64,000 bases of DNA. Source: Octopus vulgaris (Eukaryota). The notes beneath the pieces are model-generated. The model searched no databases, was not told the origin of the DNA, and saw only the letters and a program-made list of their open reading frames with translations. The stretch spans positions 73,594,001 through 73,658,000 of the forward strand of contig OX597821.1 of assembly GCA_951406725.2 (NCBI GenBank), written 5' to 3'. Shown piece after piece: positions 1 through 14,085 of this stretch; within the stretch, counting starts at the first letter, position 1; each line of letters opens with the position of its first letter. Position numbers and translations under genes: made by a program.

Positions 1-777
1 TTCTTGTAGTAGTAGCAGTAGTAACAGTAGCAGCAATAGTAATCGTTGCAGACATAACTGAAGAGATAGTAGCAGTAGTGGTAGCAGCAGCAGAAAAAGT
101 AGTAGTAGTAACAGTAGTAGTTATTGCATTCGTTATTAAAGTAATTGTATTTGATGATTTTCTTCGTGTTTTTGTTGTTGTTTCTGTGGTTGTCTTTTTC
201 TTTTGTAATTGTTGTTGTTTTTAATGTTACTTTATTTCATTGTTGTTGTTGATATTGTTGTTGTTGTTGATGACAGACAAATGTTTAAGGTGAGCTTTAT
301 TTGCCGAAAAAAACGTTAAAACCCCCCCCTAAAAATATCAAAACAAAAATCAAACACCAGAGGACAAATTGTCAACTGTAGCCCCGTCCCAGCTCTGACC
401 CCCCCTAATCAAACCCTCTCCCCCACCCCCGGCTGTTGAAGGTCTTCAGTAGAGGGGATCTACAAGAATAACAATATTTTACAAACTGAAGCTGGAAGCA
501 TGTTTGACATTGGCTGAGGCTGTTGTAATATAAATGTAGTCGAAGCAGACGATTTAATGCTGGAAACATTCACCTTTGACCTCTTGGTCATTAAAAGTCA
601 CTGACCCTCTCAAACATGGCTGACATGTTTGGAGCGGGGAAACATGTGTGTGTGAAGGTGTGTTTGCGAGAATGTGTGTGTGTTTATGATGGTTTTAGGA
701 GTGGAAGAATGGACATGAAAGCAAAGAATGAGAAGAGAGGAGGAAAGAAGTTGAGCTTTAAGAAAAAGTGTGTGTGT

Positions 778-841
<64 letters not shown>

Positions 842-935
842 TACATAAAAGAAATTGAGACAAGAAAACAAAACAGAGAGAAAAACTGAGAGATAAAGCA
901 AAAACAAACGAGTGTAACTGAGAAAGAAAGAATGA

Positions 936-1070
936 GAGAGTGGGAGAGCGAGAGAGTAGGAGAGCGAGAGAGTAGGAGAGCTAGAGAGTAGGAGAGCTAG
1001 AGAGTAGAAGAGCGAGAGAGTAGGAGCGAGAAGGTAGGAGAGAGTGAGAGAGTAGGAGAGAGTGAGAGAG
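936..1070. repeat. Purine-rich minisatellite (14-16 bp unit GAGAGTAGGAGAGC.A)
   Basis: About eight imperfect tandem units. Confidence 0.75.
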
Positions 1071-1176
1071 AGAAAGAGCGAGACAAACAAACGAATGACA
1101 ATGTGATATAAAAAATAAAAACATTGAAAGGGAAAGTAAAAATAGGAAAGGAGGAGGAAAATTTTAAAGAAGAGAA

Positions 1177-1216
<40 letters not shown>

Positions 1217-1854
1217 GGGAGAGATCCTAGAAAGAAAGAGAGATACTATTTCCCTAAAAGTCCTCTACGTATTGCGATTCTGTTCATTGTTCCCTCAGGC
1301 AATCCTTAAACTGATAGGAACACATTGTCGGCAAATATTTACAATAGTCTCGCATGTTCTCACATGTAAGGTCAGCGAAAACGAGATTTTCCGACGGAAA
1401 GCGAAAGAAAAAAAGTAAAGACGAAACAAAAGAAAGTGAAGAGGCAAATAATCCCAAGAATAATAAGCTGAAGGTCGGCAGTCTTGTGGTCGATAAAATA
1501 AAGTACCATTGAAGTACTGCGATACAACATAACGTTTGATTGGTACAAATGAGGTTGAACGGGAAAGTTGATCTGGGCGAGATTTGAATTCAGAACATAA
1601 TGTTGGCTTCAAATTTTGGCACAAGGCCAGCAATTTCGGAGGAGGGGGTAAGTCGGTTGCATCGAGCCCAGAGTTTAACTGGTACTTATTTTATCGATCC
1701 CCAAAGGATGAAAAGCAAAGTCAACCTCGGTAGAATTTGAACTCAGAATGTAAAGACGGACGAAATGGAGAGTGAGGAGAGATACGTAAATGGGGAACGA
1801 TCAAGAGATGGAGGGAAGACAAAGAGTGCGCGTGTGTAAAGCAGAGAATGGGAG

Positions 1855-2441
1855 ATGCATATATATGTTATGATATATATATGCTAAACGTCATACGTAT
1901 CAATGTATATGCTTGTATGTATACACACATACACACGCACACACATATGCATATATACATACGTATGTATGCCTGCATACGCATGCATATACGCATGTAT
2001 ATACGTATGTATATACACGTGTATATATATATACATACACATATATATATATACATATACACGTGTATATATATATACACACACACACACATATATATAT
2101 ATGCATATATGTATATACACGTATATATATATATATATGCATATACACGTATATATATATATACACATGTATATACACGTATATATATGCATATAAACGT
2201 ATATATGTATGCATATATGTATAAATCTATATATACATTCATATATGAATATATACGAATCTGTCTGTATATGCACATATATGCATATACACGTATCAAT
2301 ATATATATATATATATATGTTAGTATGTATACACATATACACACGTACACATACGTATGGCTACATACGCATGTGTATGTATATATATTCATGCATATAT
2401 ATATACACGCATATATGTATATACACGTGTATATATATACG

Positions 2442-2472
<31 letters not shown>

Positions 2473-2806
2473 GCATATGTGTATATATATATACACGTAT
2501 AAACATTTATATATACATATGCATATATATATATAAACGTATATATATACACATGCATATATGTATGTATATATATATATAATATATATATATACATATA
2601 TATATACACGTATATCTATATATGCATCCATATATAAATATATAGGAATTTGTGTGCATGTATATATATATATATATATATATGCATACATATACATCAC
2701 ACGTATTGATACATAAAAAGATGCACATACGTAAATATACATATATACATACACCTGCGTACCTATAAATGTGCAACCAAGATGTACACCAAAATACACA
2801 CACAAA

Positions 2807-2852
<46 letters not shown>
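1855..2852. repeat. Degenerate (TA)n/(CA)n compound microsatellite
   Basis: ~1 kb of alternating purine-pyrimidine sequence. Confidence 0.95.
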
Positions 2853-2856
<4 letters not shown>

Positions 2857-3142
2857 CAGAAATAGATTGTAGGAAAGAAGACGAGGGTGGAGGTGGCGAG
2901 AAGCGGCGGCGAGCGAAGACAGAAGCAATCAGTTATGTCAGTTTGAAAGTAAAGGGATTACAGAAGAGTGGAGAGTGTGGTAAAAAGGGGAATAATTGAG
3001 TTAAACCTGGGCAAAGGGCAGACTGAACAGAAATAAATATCGCTTCTTAGAAGAAGGGCGCTTTACAGGTCTAGCATCTACATATATATACAAACGTATA
3101 TACATACATACATTTCTAGACATACACACCAAAACAACTCAC

Positions 3143-3185
<43 letters not shown>

Positions 3186-3619
3186 AACAAACACGATAAC
3201 ACGTTCAAACGCAATTTGTGAAGTTTCAACTTAACACAAAGTTTACGCACACACGCATGCATGTATGTATATGTGCGTGTGTGTATGCGTGCGTGTGTGT
3301 AGTCACTGGTAAACACGTGACCATTTCACACAAACATTTTACACCCACACACACGCATGCTCACGAATGTGTATAAATCAACGCCGTACACATTCACACA
3401 TTCTGTGTATGTTATGAACACACACACACATCTATGTATTAAGGAATATAATTATTCTGATTGTGTTAGTGTAATTGAAGCCACGGTTTCGATCTAACGA
3501 GGTGTCATTCAGTTCTGCTGCTCTCAGATCGACGTATGCCGATGCAGTCGGACTAAATCGAAATGGCTAAATTCTAAACTTCAGTTGTCAGACCTCTTGT
3601 AGTTTCAACTCCAGACTTA

Positions 3620-4850
3620 TCTGGTCATCCCATAAGTTCTGTCCGAATTTTGAATAAAGAAAACAAGTGAACAAATGTTATATTTAATTGGAATTTAATC
3701 ATCAATGTACCTTCCCTGATTATCTATGACTTCCTTCCATCTCTTTGCGAGCTTTTTAATCCCATCAATGTAAAACTCTTTTGGTTTCAAAGCGAAGAAC
3801 GTTGAAATGTCAGTCTCGACCTCCTCCTGGCTTGCGAAAGTTACGTCCCCCAAATGATTCTGTAAACTACGAAACAAATGGTAGTCTGAAGGAGCAAGGT
3901 CGGGAGAATATGGTAGATGAGGATTTTTTTCCAACCAAGCTCTTCGGTCTTCTGTGATGTGATCTTTGCAGTGTGGGATCGCGCATTGTCCTGACGAAAC
4001 ATCACTCCTTTTCGATTCACTAATTGCTGACAGTAGACTTGAGCATTGATTGTTACATTAGATGGTAACAATTCAAAGTGAATTGCTCCTTTGCAATCCC
4101 ACCAGATAGAGAGAAGAACCTTTTCCCCATGAAGTTCTCTTCTCGTTAGTGGTTGAGCTTTTCCCCTTTTACCAAGCCACTGTTTACGACGTTTAACATT
4201 TTGATAGAAGATCCATTTTTCGTCATCAGTCACAAGTCTATCCAAAAAGGGTGAAATGAGTTCGCGAGAATGGAGAGAAGAGCAGATGTCAACTCGGGAT
4301 TTGTGGTTCCTTTCGTACAATTCATGAAGAACCCATTTTCCAACTTTAGTAACTTTTCTAAGTTGTTGAAGATGACGATGGACAGTTGTATGGTTTGAAC
4401 TAAGCTTTATGGCCAATTCTTCAACTGATAATGCAGGATGTTCTTCAAGTAATGCCTCAAGGAGCTTGTCATCAAACTCAACTGGACATTCTGTTTGGTC
4501 TTCATCTTCAAGGCTGAAATCTCCACTTCTGAATTTTGCAAAGCATCTTCTGCAAGTTCTTTCATTCAAGTATTCTTTCCCATAAACTGAGTGCATGATT
4601 TGAGTTGCTTCGGTTTCTGAGTTTCCTTTTTTGTACTCATAAAGCATTATGTGCCTCAAATGCTCTTTGGCTACTTCCATTTTAGAAAAGGGTTTTAATT
4701 ATATTATTCTGTAAAATAATATTTAATTAGTTTAAATGTACACAAATGTATAAAGATAATTTTTCATTCCATTAGACATTCTAAAATACTATTAAATTTC
4801 ATTCACTTTTAAAAAAGGTCAAATCGGACAGAACTTATGAGATGACCTGA
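3620..4850 (-). mobile_element. Mariner (Tc1/mariner, DD34D) DNA transposon, near full length, inactivated
   Basis: 27-bp TIRs TCTGGTCATCCCATAAGTTCTGTCCGA (3620-3646) and TCGGACAGAACTTATGAGATGACCTGA (4824-4850) with 2 mismatches. TA target duplication at 3618-19 and 4851-52. Transposase lies inside. Confidence 0.95.
3695..4680 (-). pseudogene. Mariner transposase pseudogene
   Basis: ORFs 3841-4680 and 3695-3934 carry an HTH region, WVLHEL (WVPHEL), TDDEKW, QDNA and YSPDLAPSDYHLF. There is a frameshift in the A-run near 3925 and an apparent in-frame deletion between YCQQL and VNRKGV. Confidence 0.93.
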
Positions 4851-5289
4851 TACTTCAAACCCGACATTAAATATGTGTTGTACTACTGAAAGCATGAAAC
4901 CAGAAGCTGTGTGGGATGTTGCCTTTTATCTCGAAACCCTCATTGGACTGCAGCAATGTTGGGGCACCTCTGCGAAGGGTTTTATCTAACAAATCCAACC
5001 TAATATTTGTTTTGAGTTTGGAATTTAATCTATCGTTCACTTTTGCCAGACCGTTAAGTCACGTAGATGCAAACAAATCAACAGCAGTCATCAGTGGTGT
5101 GGTGGTGATGGACACACACACACAACGGGTTTCGACACACTTCCAAGAAATTGGTCATCTCGGGGCTATGGGGCTGTTGTAGAAGAAAGTAGACCAAAGT
5201 ACCGTGTAGATTGAACATGGAGCAATGAGGCTGCAAAGCGAGCGTCTCAACCACACAGCCTTTTTGAAACTATTTCTCTCTACGTCCCT

Positions 5290-5469
5290 TTCTACTGTAG
5301 GCACAAGCCCGAAATTTTTGGAGAGGGGACCAGTCGATTAGATCGACCCAGTTTGCAACTGGTACTTAATTTATCGACCCCGAAAGGATGAAAGGCAAAG
5401 TCGACCTCGGCGGAATTTGAACTCAGAACGTAGAGACAGACGAAATACGGCTACGCATTTCGCCGCCTT
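5290..5469 (-). mobile_element. SINE family A
   Basis: Family A core, flanked by direct repeat TATTTCTCTCTA (5272-83, 5471-82). Confidence 0.8.
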
Positions 5470-6694
5470 ATATTTCTCTCTATATTAAAAGTTCTTAAAA
5501 ATATTAACATTTTGTAAACTGAAATTAATAACATGTCTATCTAATTAGACATAAAAAAGGGCCACAAACACATACAAAATCTAGAATTGAAGGTTACTTG
5601 TTGACAAAATATTGCTCGTTGGGCCTTCCTGTTCAGGCATAACAAAAACCGACGATGATCGGAGACGAAACCCACCAAAACGCTGTTTCGATACTGGAGC
5701 GCCGCCTTGAAGAATTCTTAGTCAAATGAATCGACCCCAGGGACCTTTTTTTTTTAAAGCTTGGTACTTTGTCTATCGGTGACTTTTGCCGAACCGCTCA
5801 ATTTCGTGACGTAAACACATCAGCATTGGTTGTCAAGCAGCGGTGGAGAACAACCAGAGACACACAGACACACACACACACGCATACACACACACACAAC
5901 GGGCTTCTTTCAGTTTCCGTCTACCAAATCCGCTGATAAGGTTTTAGTCGGCCCGAGACTATAATAGACGATACTTGGCTAAGGTGACCCAAAGTGGGAC
6001 TGAACCCGGAACCATGTGGTTGGGAAGCAAACCTCTTGCCACACAGCTACGGCAGTGCATGTAAATATTTTTTTTGTAGATTACCACGTTCCAAAATTTA
6101 AGAGAGAGAGAGAGAAACAATCGACCCCCAATAAATGACTGGTACTTTATTTCATCGATCTCAGAAATATGAACGGCTAAGTCATCTATCACAAGATTTG
6201 AATTCAGAACGTAAAGAGACAGAGTAACCGCCATAAATATTTTCTGATGCTCTACCGATTCTGCTAATATTTTTTGTTTTCCTTTTCTAATGATGAAATT
6301 ACAGTGTGGAATATTATGATTATGCTATCAATAACTAATCTCAGATATCTCGACAAGATACACTTGTACACACGACTTTTATCTATCGATTCATGGATGT
6401 CCGGGGCTGATGAATGTTCCGTTTTATGGTTAATTGTGACAAAGTGTATTGGAAGGGATTAATTGAATAAAATACATATTCCTCTTCGTCATTAGATAAA
6501 TTATAAAATAAACAGACGAAATATATATATGTGTGTGTGTATGTGTATGTGTGTGTGCGTGTGTGTATGTGTGTGTATGTGTGTGTATATGTGTGTGATT
6601 TACACATGTAGAGAAATTTACATTAATGTGTTGATGTGTCTCAGGCAACATGGCTGAGGTTTTAGTAAGATAACAGGTTAAAAAAATATGTTTT

Positions 6695-7065
6695 GCTCTT
6701 TTACTTGTTTCAGTCATTTGACTGCGACCATGCTAGATCACCGCCTTTTTAGTCGAACAAATATACCCCAGGACTTATTCTTTGTAAGCTTAGTACTTAT
6801 GCTATCTGTTTCTTTTGCCGAACCGCTAAGTTGCGGGTACGTAAACATACCAACATCGGTTGTCAAGCGATGGTGGGGGGGGGGACATACGCACAAATAC
6901 ATACATACATATATATGACGGGCTTTCAGTTTCCGTCTACAAATCTACTCACAAGGCTTTGGTCGGCACAAGGCTGTATTAGAAGACACTTGCTCAAAAT
7001 TCCACGCAGTAGGACTGAACCCAGAAACATGTGGTTGGGAAGCAAGCTACTTACCACACGGCCCT
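6695..7065 (-). mobile_element. SINE family B
   Basis: Reverse-complement match. Neighbouring copies at 5690-6055 and 4940-5260. Confidence 0.8.
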
Positions 7066-9277
7066 ACCAACCTATTTCATAAAATTAAACCCCCCTTCTA
7101 CTCTACGACCTTTCTTATTTTCCACATGGTTTCACTTTATTTCATTTCGTCACTTTATTGTATCTTATCCCGTTTTTTATTTCATTTTGTTATATTTCTT
7201 CTCATCTTCTTCCCTACCCATCCTACATACGGTATTACCCGGTTACCTTCTGAAACTTATATTCCTACACTGTATTCACCCAACTGTACGCTGTGTCAAC
7301 CAGTGTCTTAATGAAATGTCATTTAGTTTCTTATCCACTCAAAACGTTGGTACCCTGTAACCGGCGTTACGTTGCATCCGCAACGTGAAGCACTGACCTA
7401 ATTCACTTAATTATAAATATATACCATCGAGTGTTACCACTCTATGTTGCCGGACGAGTATTTTGTTAATTCCGAATAATGTAACTTGTTTCGTTCCAGT
7501 TTCACGCTTATCAGGTCGACTTGCTTATTTACACGACATGAAGACGAAGCCTGCATTGTTGTACATTCAACTCAGTGGGTTTAGAAAATTGACTATTTGC
7601 CCGCAAATGTCTATACAGATCAACAGCAGAATTATTCAAAATATAATGAAACTGGTTTTCCTATTTTTCAAAGCTGAATGTCCGATGAAGAATTATTAAG
7701 GGAATGTGTTATTAGACTGTGCTTCCTTTGCAGTGAAATATTATATCTGGAGTAATATGTTTGTGATTCAATCGAAGAAATAATCAATTATATCGCCCCA
7801 ATACATGACTGGTAATTTATGAGTTTTGATTTTGAGGAGAAATTTTGTCCGGCGCTCTTCCAATTCTATCATCCACCGTTGTTTCCCAGTTTAAAAATAG
7901 GCGATAAATTGTGTAGAGAATATGATAGGAATAGAAACAATGCTAAATAAATAAATATATATTTATATTATTTTACTTATATTATTTTAGAAGAAGGAAG
8001 CAGAATCGTAGTTCTGATGGCTAAGTGTTCAATTTCGTTGTGTCACCATCCAAAGAACGGGAAGTATCGGAGAGTGAGAGGTGTCAACTGTCTTAATAAT
8101 AAAAACAAGTGAGATAAGACTGAAAGCATATAGCAAACACGGCTCTTTTCTAGCTTCCCATTAATTCTATAGTGAGACTCCATTCGTGAAATATACAGGA
8201 CAACAGAGCAGTGTCTCATTGAAAGAGAGAGATGCGTCTCTCACAAGCTAAACGCTGCAGTAAAGCAAATTTAATGAAGTTCTTAAAGACGACGACATAA
8301 TATAACTGGGTAATGGAAACCAAGTGTGTCCAGCATTAAAGTACAATGTTTATAGAATATCTAGAAAGTGTGTGTGTGTGTGAGTGGTATACACTGAAAT
8401 TATCTAGACATTAATAACACACTTTAAATAAATGCCACTTAGATTTTCGATAATTTTTTTTATATTCGAAACAGTTTTGAATTTCTTATCTAAAAACAGA
8501 AAAATTAAAAATAATAATAAATGCACTACATTTCCTGTAGTTGTATTTTGTGGAGAAAAGCGATAGAAATTAAAGGAGAAAAATGAGAAATCCAAAAGGC
8601 GAAAGGCCATATTTGGTTATTATGCGTCTTCCAGAGTTGCTGTTTACATAACTGCCGACACAGAGTTGTCGTCTGTCAAAACCAACAAGAATCAAGTTAA
8701 CTTCGATCATTCTGCAAAATTCCCGGCAGACTTGGAATACATAAATTTACAACTAAATGATGGATTCCTCCGTTTCTCTACCTGTCCGCAGCTATTATGA
8801 TGTATGTTTCTCCAGCCAGAATTTCACGAAAGATTTTTAGTTGAAAACAGACAACTTCCACAGTACTAATTTCGTGAGAATTAATATGGCTGAAAGTAGC
8901 GATCAGCGTCAGAGGCGGGAAGGAGATGAATTACTTATGTGCAACGGAATTCACGTTCAATTCTCAGATGGCGTCGTTTCACTTCACTTATTAATGTGGC
9001 AAGCTGAGTGAATCGTTAGTACACCGGACAAAATGCTTAGCGGAATTTCGCTCGTCTTCACGTCCTGAGTTCAAATTCCACCGAGGTCATCCTTTCGGGG
9101 TCGATCAAATGAGTACCAGATCGGCACTGTAGTCGATTTAATCGCCTTAACATTCCCCACCCGAAATTGCTGGTACTGGGTCAAAGTTTGAAACCGTCAT
9201 ATATTTGGAGAAAATTAAAAAAAAAATTTTATCAGAGATCAGCATATAAAAAATAAACCTATTTAGGTACATTCATG

Positions 9278-9329
<52 letters not shown>

Positions 9330-9488
9330 TATATTTAATAGTAGTATAAGAAACATTTATAATTAAGGTCACAGAGAATTTCTGTATGCCTGCTTCCACG
9401 CCTTCAACACGTGTAAATTATAAAGTGATATTTTAAAGTAGTTAGACGTCTATCTTCAGCATAGAAGCTCAGAAACCTCTGTACCCTT

Positions 9489-9519
<31 letters not shown>

Positions 9520-9554
9520 AGGGTACATATATATCATATATATTTTTAATTATT

Positions 9555-9835
9555 TTTTATGCGCCCTTTTCAAGCCCGGTTTTCCGGTTTCTGTGGCGTA
9601 TGTCTTCCCCCCAGCTGGACGGGACGCCAGTCCATCGCAGCGTTACCCAAGAAACAAGAAGAAAGAGTGAGAGAAAGTTGGGGCGAAAGAGTACAACAGG
9701 GCTCGCCACCACCTCCTCGTCGAACTTTAGGTGTTTTCGCTCAATAAACACACGCAACGCCCGGTCTGGGAATCGAAACCGCGATCCTCCGACCGCGAGT
9801 CCGCTGCCCTAACCACTGGGTCATTGCGCCTCCAC
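9555..9835 (-). mobile_element. SINE family C with alternative 3' tail
   Basis: Head matches 56033. The 3' part (ggacgggacgccagtccatcgcag on +) differs and recurs at ~17450-17525. Confidence 0.75.
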
Positions 9836-10299
9836 ATATATTATATATATATATGTTTATTTATTACGAGGGAAATAACCAGTAAAAACGTCAGTGTAAA
9901 CCCGTCTAGTAAAACACAGTCTTATCTTGTTTAGTTCATTGGTATTACATTGTAAGTTCAAACTCTGGTAGAGTCTATAATTTCTTTTGTGATTCACAAA
10001 TCGATAAAGCTAAGATCAGCAATAGACTCTAAAAAACCAAAAAAAAAAAATAATAATATCGGTTGGAGTGGCCTCTGTTTATCATTCGAACTTATTCGAG
10101 CCGACAAAGGAGGCAGTCCTCTGTGGTTGCCTCGACTTGCTAGAAATAACACTCAAATCTCCTACAAATCACACACAGCCGTCTTAGAAAAAAGGTGTAT
10201 TGGATAATATGGTTCACTCTGCATTGGAAAAATACGGATTTGTCACGGCTAGAATACCTTTGAACCAGGATCTACGCAGCAGCAACAAAAGCAGCAGTA

Positions 10300-10490
10300 G
10301 AGGTGCAATGGCCCAGTGGTTAGGGCAGCAGACTCGCGGTCGTAAGAACGCGGTTTCGATTCCCAGACTGGGCATTGTGTTTATTATTGAGCAAGAACAC
10401 CTAAAACCCACGAGGCTCCGGCGGAGAGGGGTGGTGAACACCGCTGTACTCTTTCACCACAACTTTCTCTCACTCCTTCTTCCTACTTCT
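10300..10490 (+). mobile_element. SINE family C, 3'-truncated
   Basis: Matches the 5' half of 56033-56398. Confidence 0.78.
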
Positions 10491-12376
10491 GCCACAAAGC
10501 AGAGGAACCATAGTGTAACCCACTATGGTGTAGTAAACTTTCAGACCCTAGTCTAGATTGCGAATCCTCTGTACCCCAGGATGGTTCAGCTCTCCACCCG
10601 TTAAAAGCCACCGTTTATGGAATGAGGATAACAACGTAGCTTTCGCGCCCGTGCAACCGCCAGTTATCGCGTGTTCTTCAAGTTGCTACACGCATTCTTA
10701 GTAGCTTAGTGGCTAATGGCGTGAGTCCTGATTGGAAGAAGACAACAGCAGCAACAACAACAAAAACTAATTTGACTGTGTCAGTTATGGAGAATAATAA
10801 CTGCATTTGATAAAAGCTTAAGAGGAATTGTTGTTGTTTTGTTGTCGATTTGTCTCAGGTGAATCACGATTAAACTGAACAATAGTCAGAGACTCTTAAA
10901 CTGCGACCATCTTTGCTTTCTTTTTGCTTTTTCAGAAACAGTGTAAGACTAGATTTTTTTTTTTTAATATGTTATTTTATTTTCAAGATAGATTTAGCTG
11001 CTACTTTAGTAAGCTGCAAGTTTAAGAAGCTCCGTTTTCGGTCGCCAAGCTTCTAAGAATTATCGTGTGCTGAGATTTTAATCTCGTTACTAACTGAATA
11101 AAATACGTGAAGTAAAAGCGCTTCGAGTGAAAATCAAACCAATTATCAAATTTAGTTCCCAAGGAGCTTACAAAAGACACCAGCAGGAGTGTGTGTGTGT
11201 CTGGAGGGTTGAGAGAACGAATGGGCAGTTTTTCCTACTAAGCTGTGTCGGTGTCTAAAATATGGGCGAGTTCAAGTCTTTGGGGTTAATAATATAAATA
11301 CTAAACATGCATTGAGTGGATTACATCCCTCCCTCGCAACTCATTATTGACTCCAAATATTGCTGCCATATCTGATCACACACACACACACACACGCATA
11401 TATAACTATATATACGCACACAGAGATAGAAATACATGTACACTTACTAATACACGTCCACCTCCTTTAGGAAGGCACAAACCAAAACTAAAGAAAAAAG
11501 AAACACAAATAAAGAATAATTAAATAATAAATAAAAATGTTTTCTGGCCATAGCTTGGCAAGAGGCCGCTAGAGAGCCATAAATGACAATCCAGTTAGCC
11601 ATATAACCAAATTGAGAATTGCAATGGCGGAGTGAGTGCGTGTGAGCCTTAGTTAGATGTGTCTTGTGTTTTCTATAATGTGGCTTCTGTTTGTATATTA
11701 CGTAGCCATTACCAACCTTGAAATGGAACAAAGTGTCAACACCAAATATTGTACAAAATTGTGGAGGAAAAAAGAAAAGCAAAATAAAAAGAAAAAAAAA
11801 TGTTACTCAAACAACAGCGAAAGGAACGGCAAAACATCTTTGCTTGTATACAAAAGAAAATATTTCTATATATATATATATATATATAAAAAAAAAAATC
11901 TGAAATGCCTTGAAGGGTTATTGACAAAGCATAAATATTTTTCCTCGGTCATATTTTTGCAAAACTTGGAAAGAAAAGGAGAGAAAGAGGGGCAAAAAAC
12001 AGAAAATAGGGAATAAAAGCGGAATGAGTATATGGGAAGAATATACATGCATTATATATATATATGAAAAGGTAAACAGGTAGATCTCTCTCTCTCTCTC
12101 TCTCTCTTTCTATATATATATATATATATATATATTCACACACACACACGTTAGGCAGCAAAAAGAATTCGTTAGTTAGAAAGACAATTGGATCATTAGA
12201 TAATGAAGTTAGATAAAAACGTGAAATAATTTATTTATAGCTTCATCTACTTCGAGTTCCATCGTTAAAAACGAAGTATTTCATGTTCTATCGAAGTATC
12301 TAAATCCGTATGATATAGACAACATTCAATGTCGTTGGTATGAACAGAATTTCTAAAATGGAAATCGAAATTCGAA

Positions 12377-12449
12377 GGATTGCTTTGGCCCAGTGATAGA
12401 ACGTCTGTCATGTTTACAGAAGCGTAAGGTTCGAGTCCAACAGACAGCC
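12377..12449 (+). pseudogene. tRNA-like sequence (tRNA pseudogene or head of a fourth SINE family)
   Basis: TGGCCCAGTGA A box, anticodon arm TCTGT-7nt-ACAGA and GGTTCGAGTCC B box. The acceptor stem is broken. Confidence 0.55.
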
Positions 12450-12994
12450 TTTGACTGTTTCTATGGATGCTAACAGCTTTTCTTCACAAAAGCTCCAGTT
12501 ATGAAAACTCTTCGTAATCAGTATCTATAAAGAAAGAACAGTTTTTGGTTTCCTTTTTTTGTCCTCAAGACAATTCATACCCCGACCCAGAGGGCCGGTG
12601 TAGCTAGGAGTTATCCCATCTCGGCTCATAATCACAGCGTTCCACGTGTCTGAGGCGGATAACAAAGTTGTTCGCCCCACAACTACATTAAATATTTTAA
12701 TTCAGTCATTGGACTGCGGCCATGCTGGGACACCACATTGAAGAGTTTTAGTCAAACAAATCGACCCCACTACATATTTTAAAGTCTGGTACTTATTCTA
12801 TCGGTATCTATTGCCGAACCGCTAATTTATGGAGACACAAACAAATCAACACTAGTTGTCAAGCGGTGATGGGGTGGACAAACAGTCACAAAGGCACACA
12901 CACACACATATGTTATATAAGTAGATATAAGATCGATGGCGCTTTTAAAATACCATCACTAGTGGCAAGCGAATATCAGCTGTACAGGCAAATT

Positions 12995-13037
<43 letters not shown>

Positions 13038-13232
13038 ATAAGATATATACTTACACACACACACACACACGCGAAGTGCTAGACGAGTACTTGCATCGCT
13101 AGAAATAGAAGTAAAAAACACTTCTGTGCCAAGGAATAGTTTCAAATCTAATATAGGAGTTGGTGGGAAAAATTTCCAATGACCATTAATATAGTCTAAC
13201 CTCTCCTAGGTCAGCAGAAGTAATGCTGGTCC

Positions 13233-13294
13233 AACTGATACCATGGTCTCGAAATGATCGCCAAATAGGGGCCTGTTTCTCTTCAGCCGCAGTT
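13233..13294 (-). ncRNA. Degenerate type I hammerhead
   Basis: AACUG-CGG / CUGAAGA / GAAA..UUUC / GAGA (A14G) / C-CAUG-G / UA / U-CAGUU. Confidence 0.55.
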
Positions 13295-13554
13295 TGTCAG
13301 CTAACGACTGCCAAAATTTAGCCCCCTCCTCATGCCTGCAAAATTCGTTTGAAGTGACCAAACACTAAACAAACGAAATATGTGAAATTATTTGTAAGTA
13401 GATATAAGAGCGATGGCGCTATTAAAATACCATCAATACTGGCAAGCGAATATCAGCCGTACAGGCAAATCAATAAAATATATACATACAATGTAAGATA
13501 TGCACTTTTATATAGATACACACACGGGGGTACTATACACATACAGACATTTTA

Positions 13555-13722
13555 TATATACACTCACACGAGGGTACTTCATAAATATTATATATATATA
13601 CACACGAGGGTACTTCATAAATATTATATATATACTCACGAGGGTACTTCATAAATATTATATATATACACACGAGGGTACTTCATAAATATTATATATA
13701 TACACGAGGGTTCTACATACAT

Positions 13723-13778
<56 letters not shown>

Positions 13779-13820
13779 GTGGGTACTACATGTATATATA
13801 TATACACACAAGGGTACTAC
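13555..13820. repeat. Minisatellite, ~34-38 bp unit
   Basis: Four units of (TA)n-CACGAGGGTACTTCATAAATAT plus degenerate units. Confidence 0.85.
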
Positions 13821-13821
13821 A

Positions 13822-13875
<54 letters not shown>

Positions 13876-14019
13876 TACACACGCATATTGCTTTTGTGAC
13901 TTTGGAGTAGTTTTAACTCTTATTTTTAGCAACAGTGGTGCTAGTCAGTACCCTCGGTCACTTTTGTGACCTCTGTTAATTTTGCCTTTAGGTTCTAATT
14001 GCTAATAAGCTACCCTTTT

Positions 14020-14085
<66 letters not shown>

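Noticed and set aside
1848-2928. Long ORFs rich in Y/I/H/T/C/V/M (also at 24.6, 38.5, 49.6, 51.2 and 52.6 kb)
   Set aside because: Translations of (TA)n/(CA)n microsatellites that lack stops by composition, not genes.
6400-6480. CTGATGA after GGGG
   Set aside because: No GAAA or closing stems downstream.
6845-7082. Recurrent short ORFs such as [35 protein letters not shown]
   Set aside because: Translations of SINE-B copies, repeated because the SINE is repeated.
7480-7520. Minus-strand CTGATAA..CGAAAC
   Set aside because: Core mismatch and no stem I pairing.
12377-12449. Functional tRNA gene
   Set aside because: The acceptor stem does not pair and the anticodon loop is non-canonical. Kept only as a tRNA-derived relic.
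13555-13710. Regularly spaced repeat resembling a CRISPR array
   Set aside because: The spacers are just (TA)n variants, the context is eukaryotic and there are no cas genes. It is a minisatellite.
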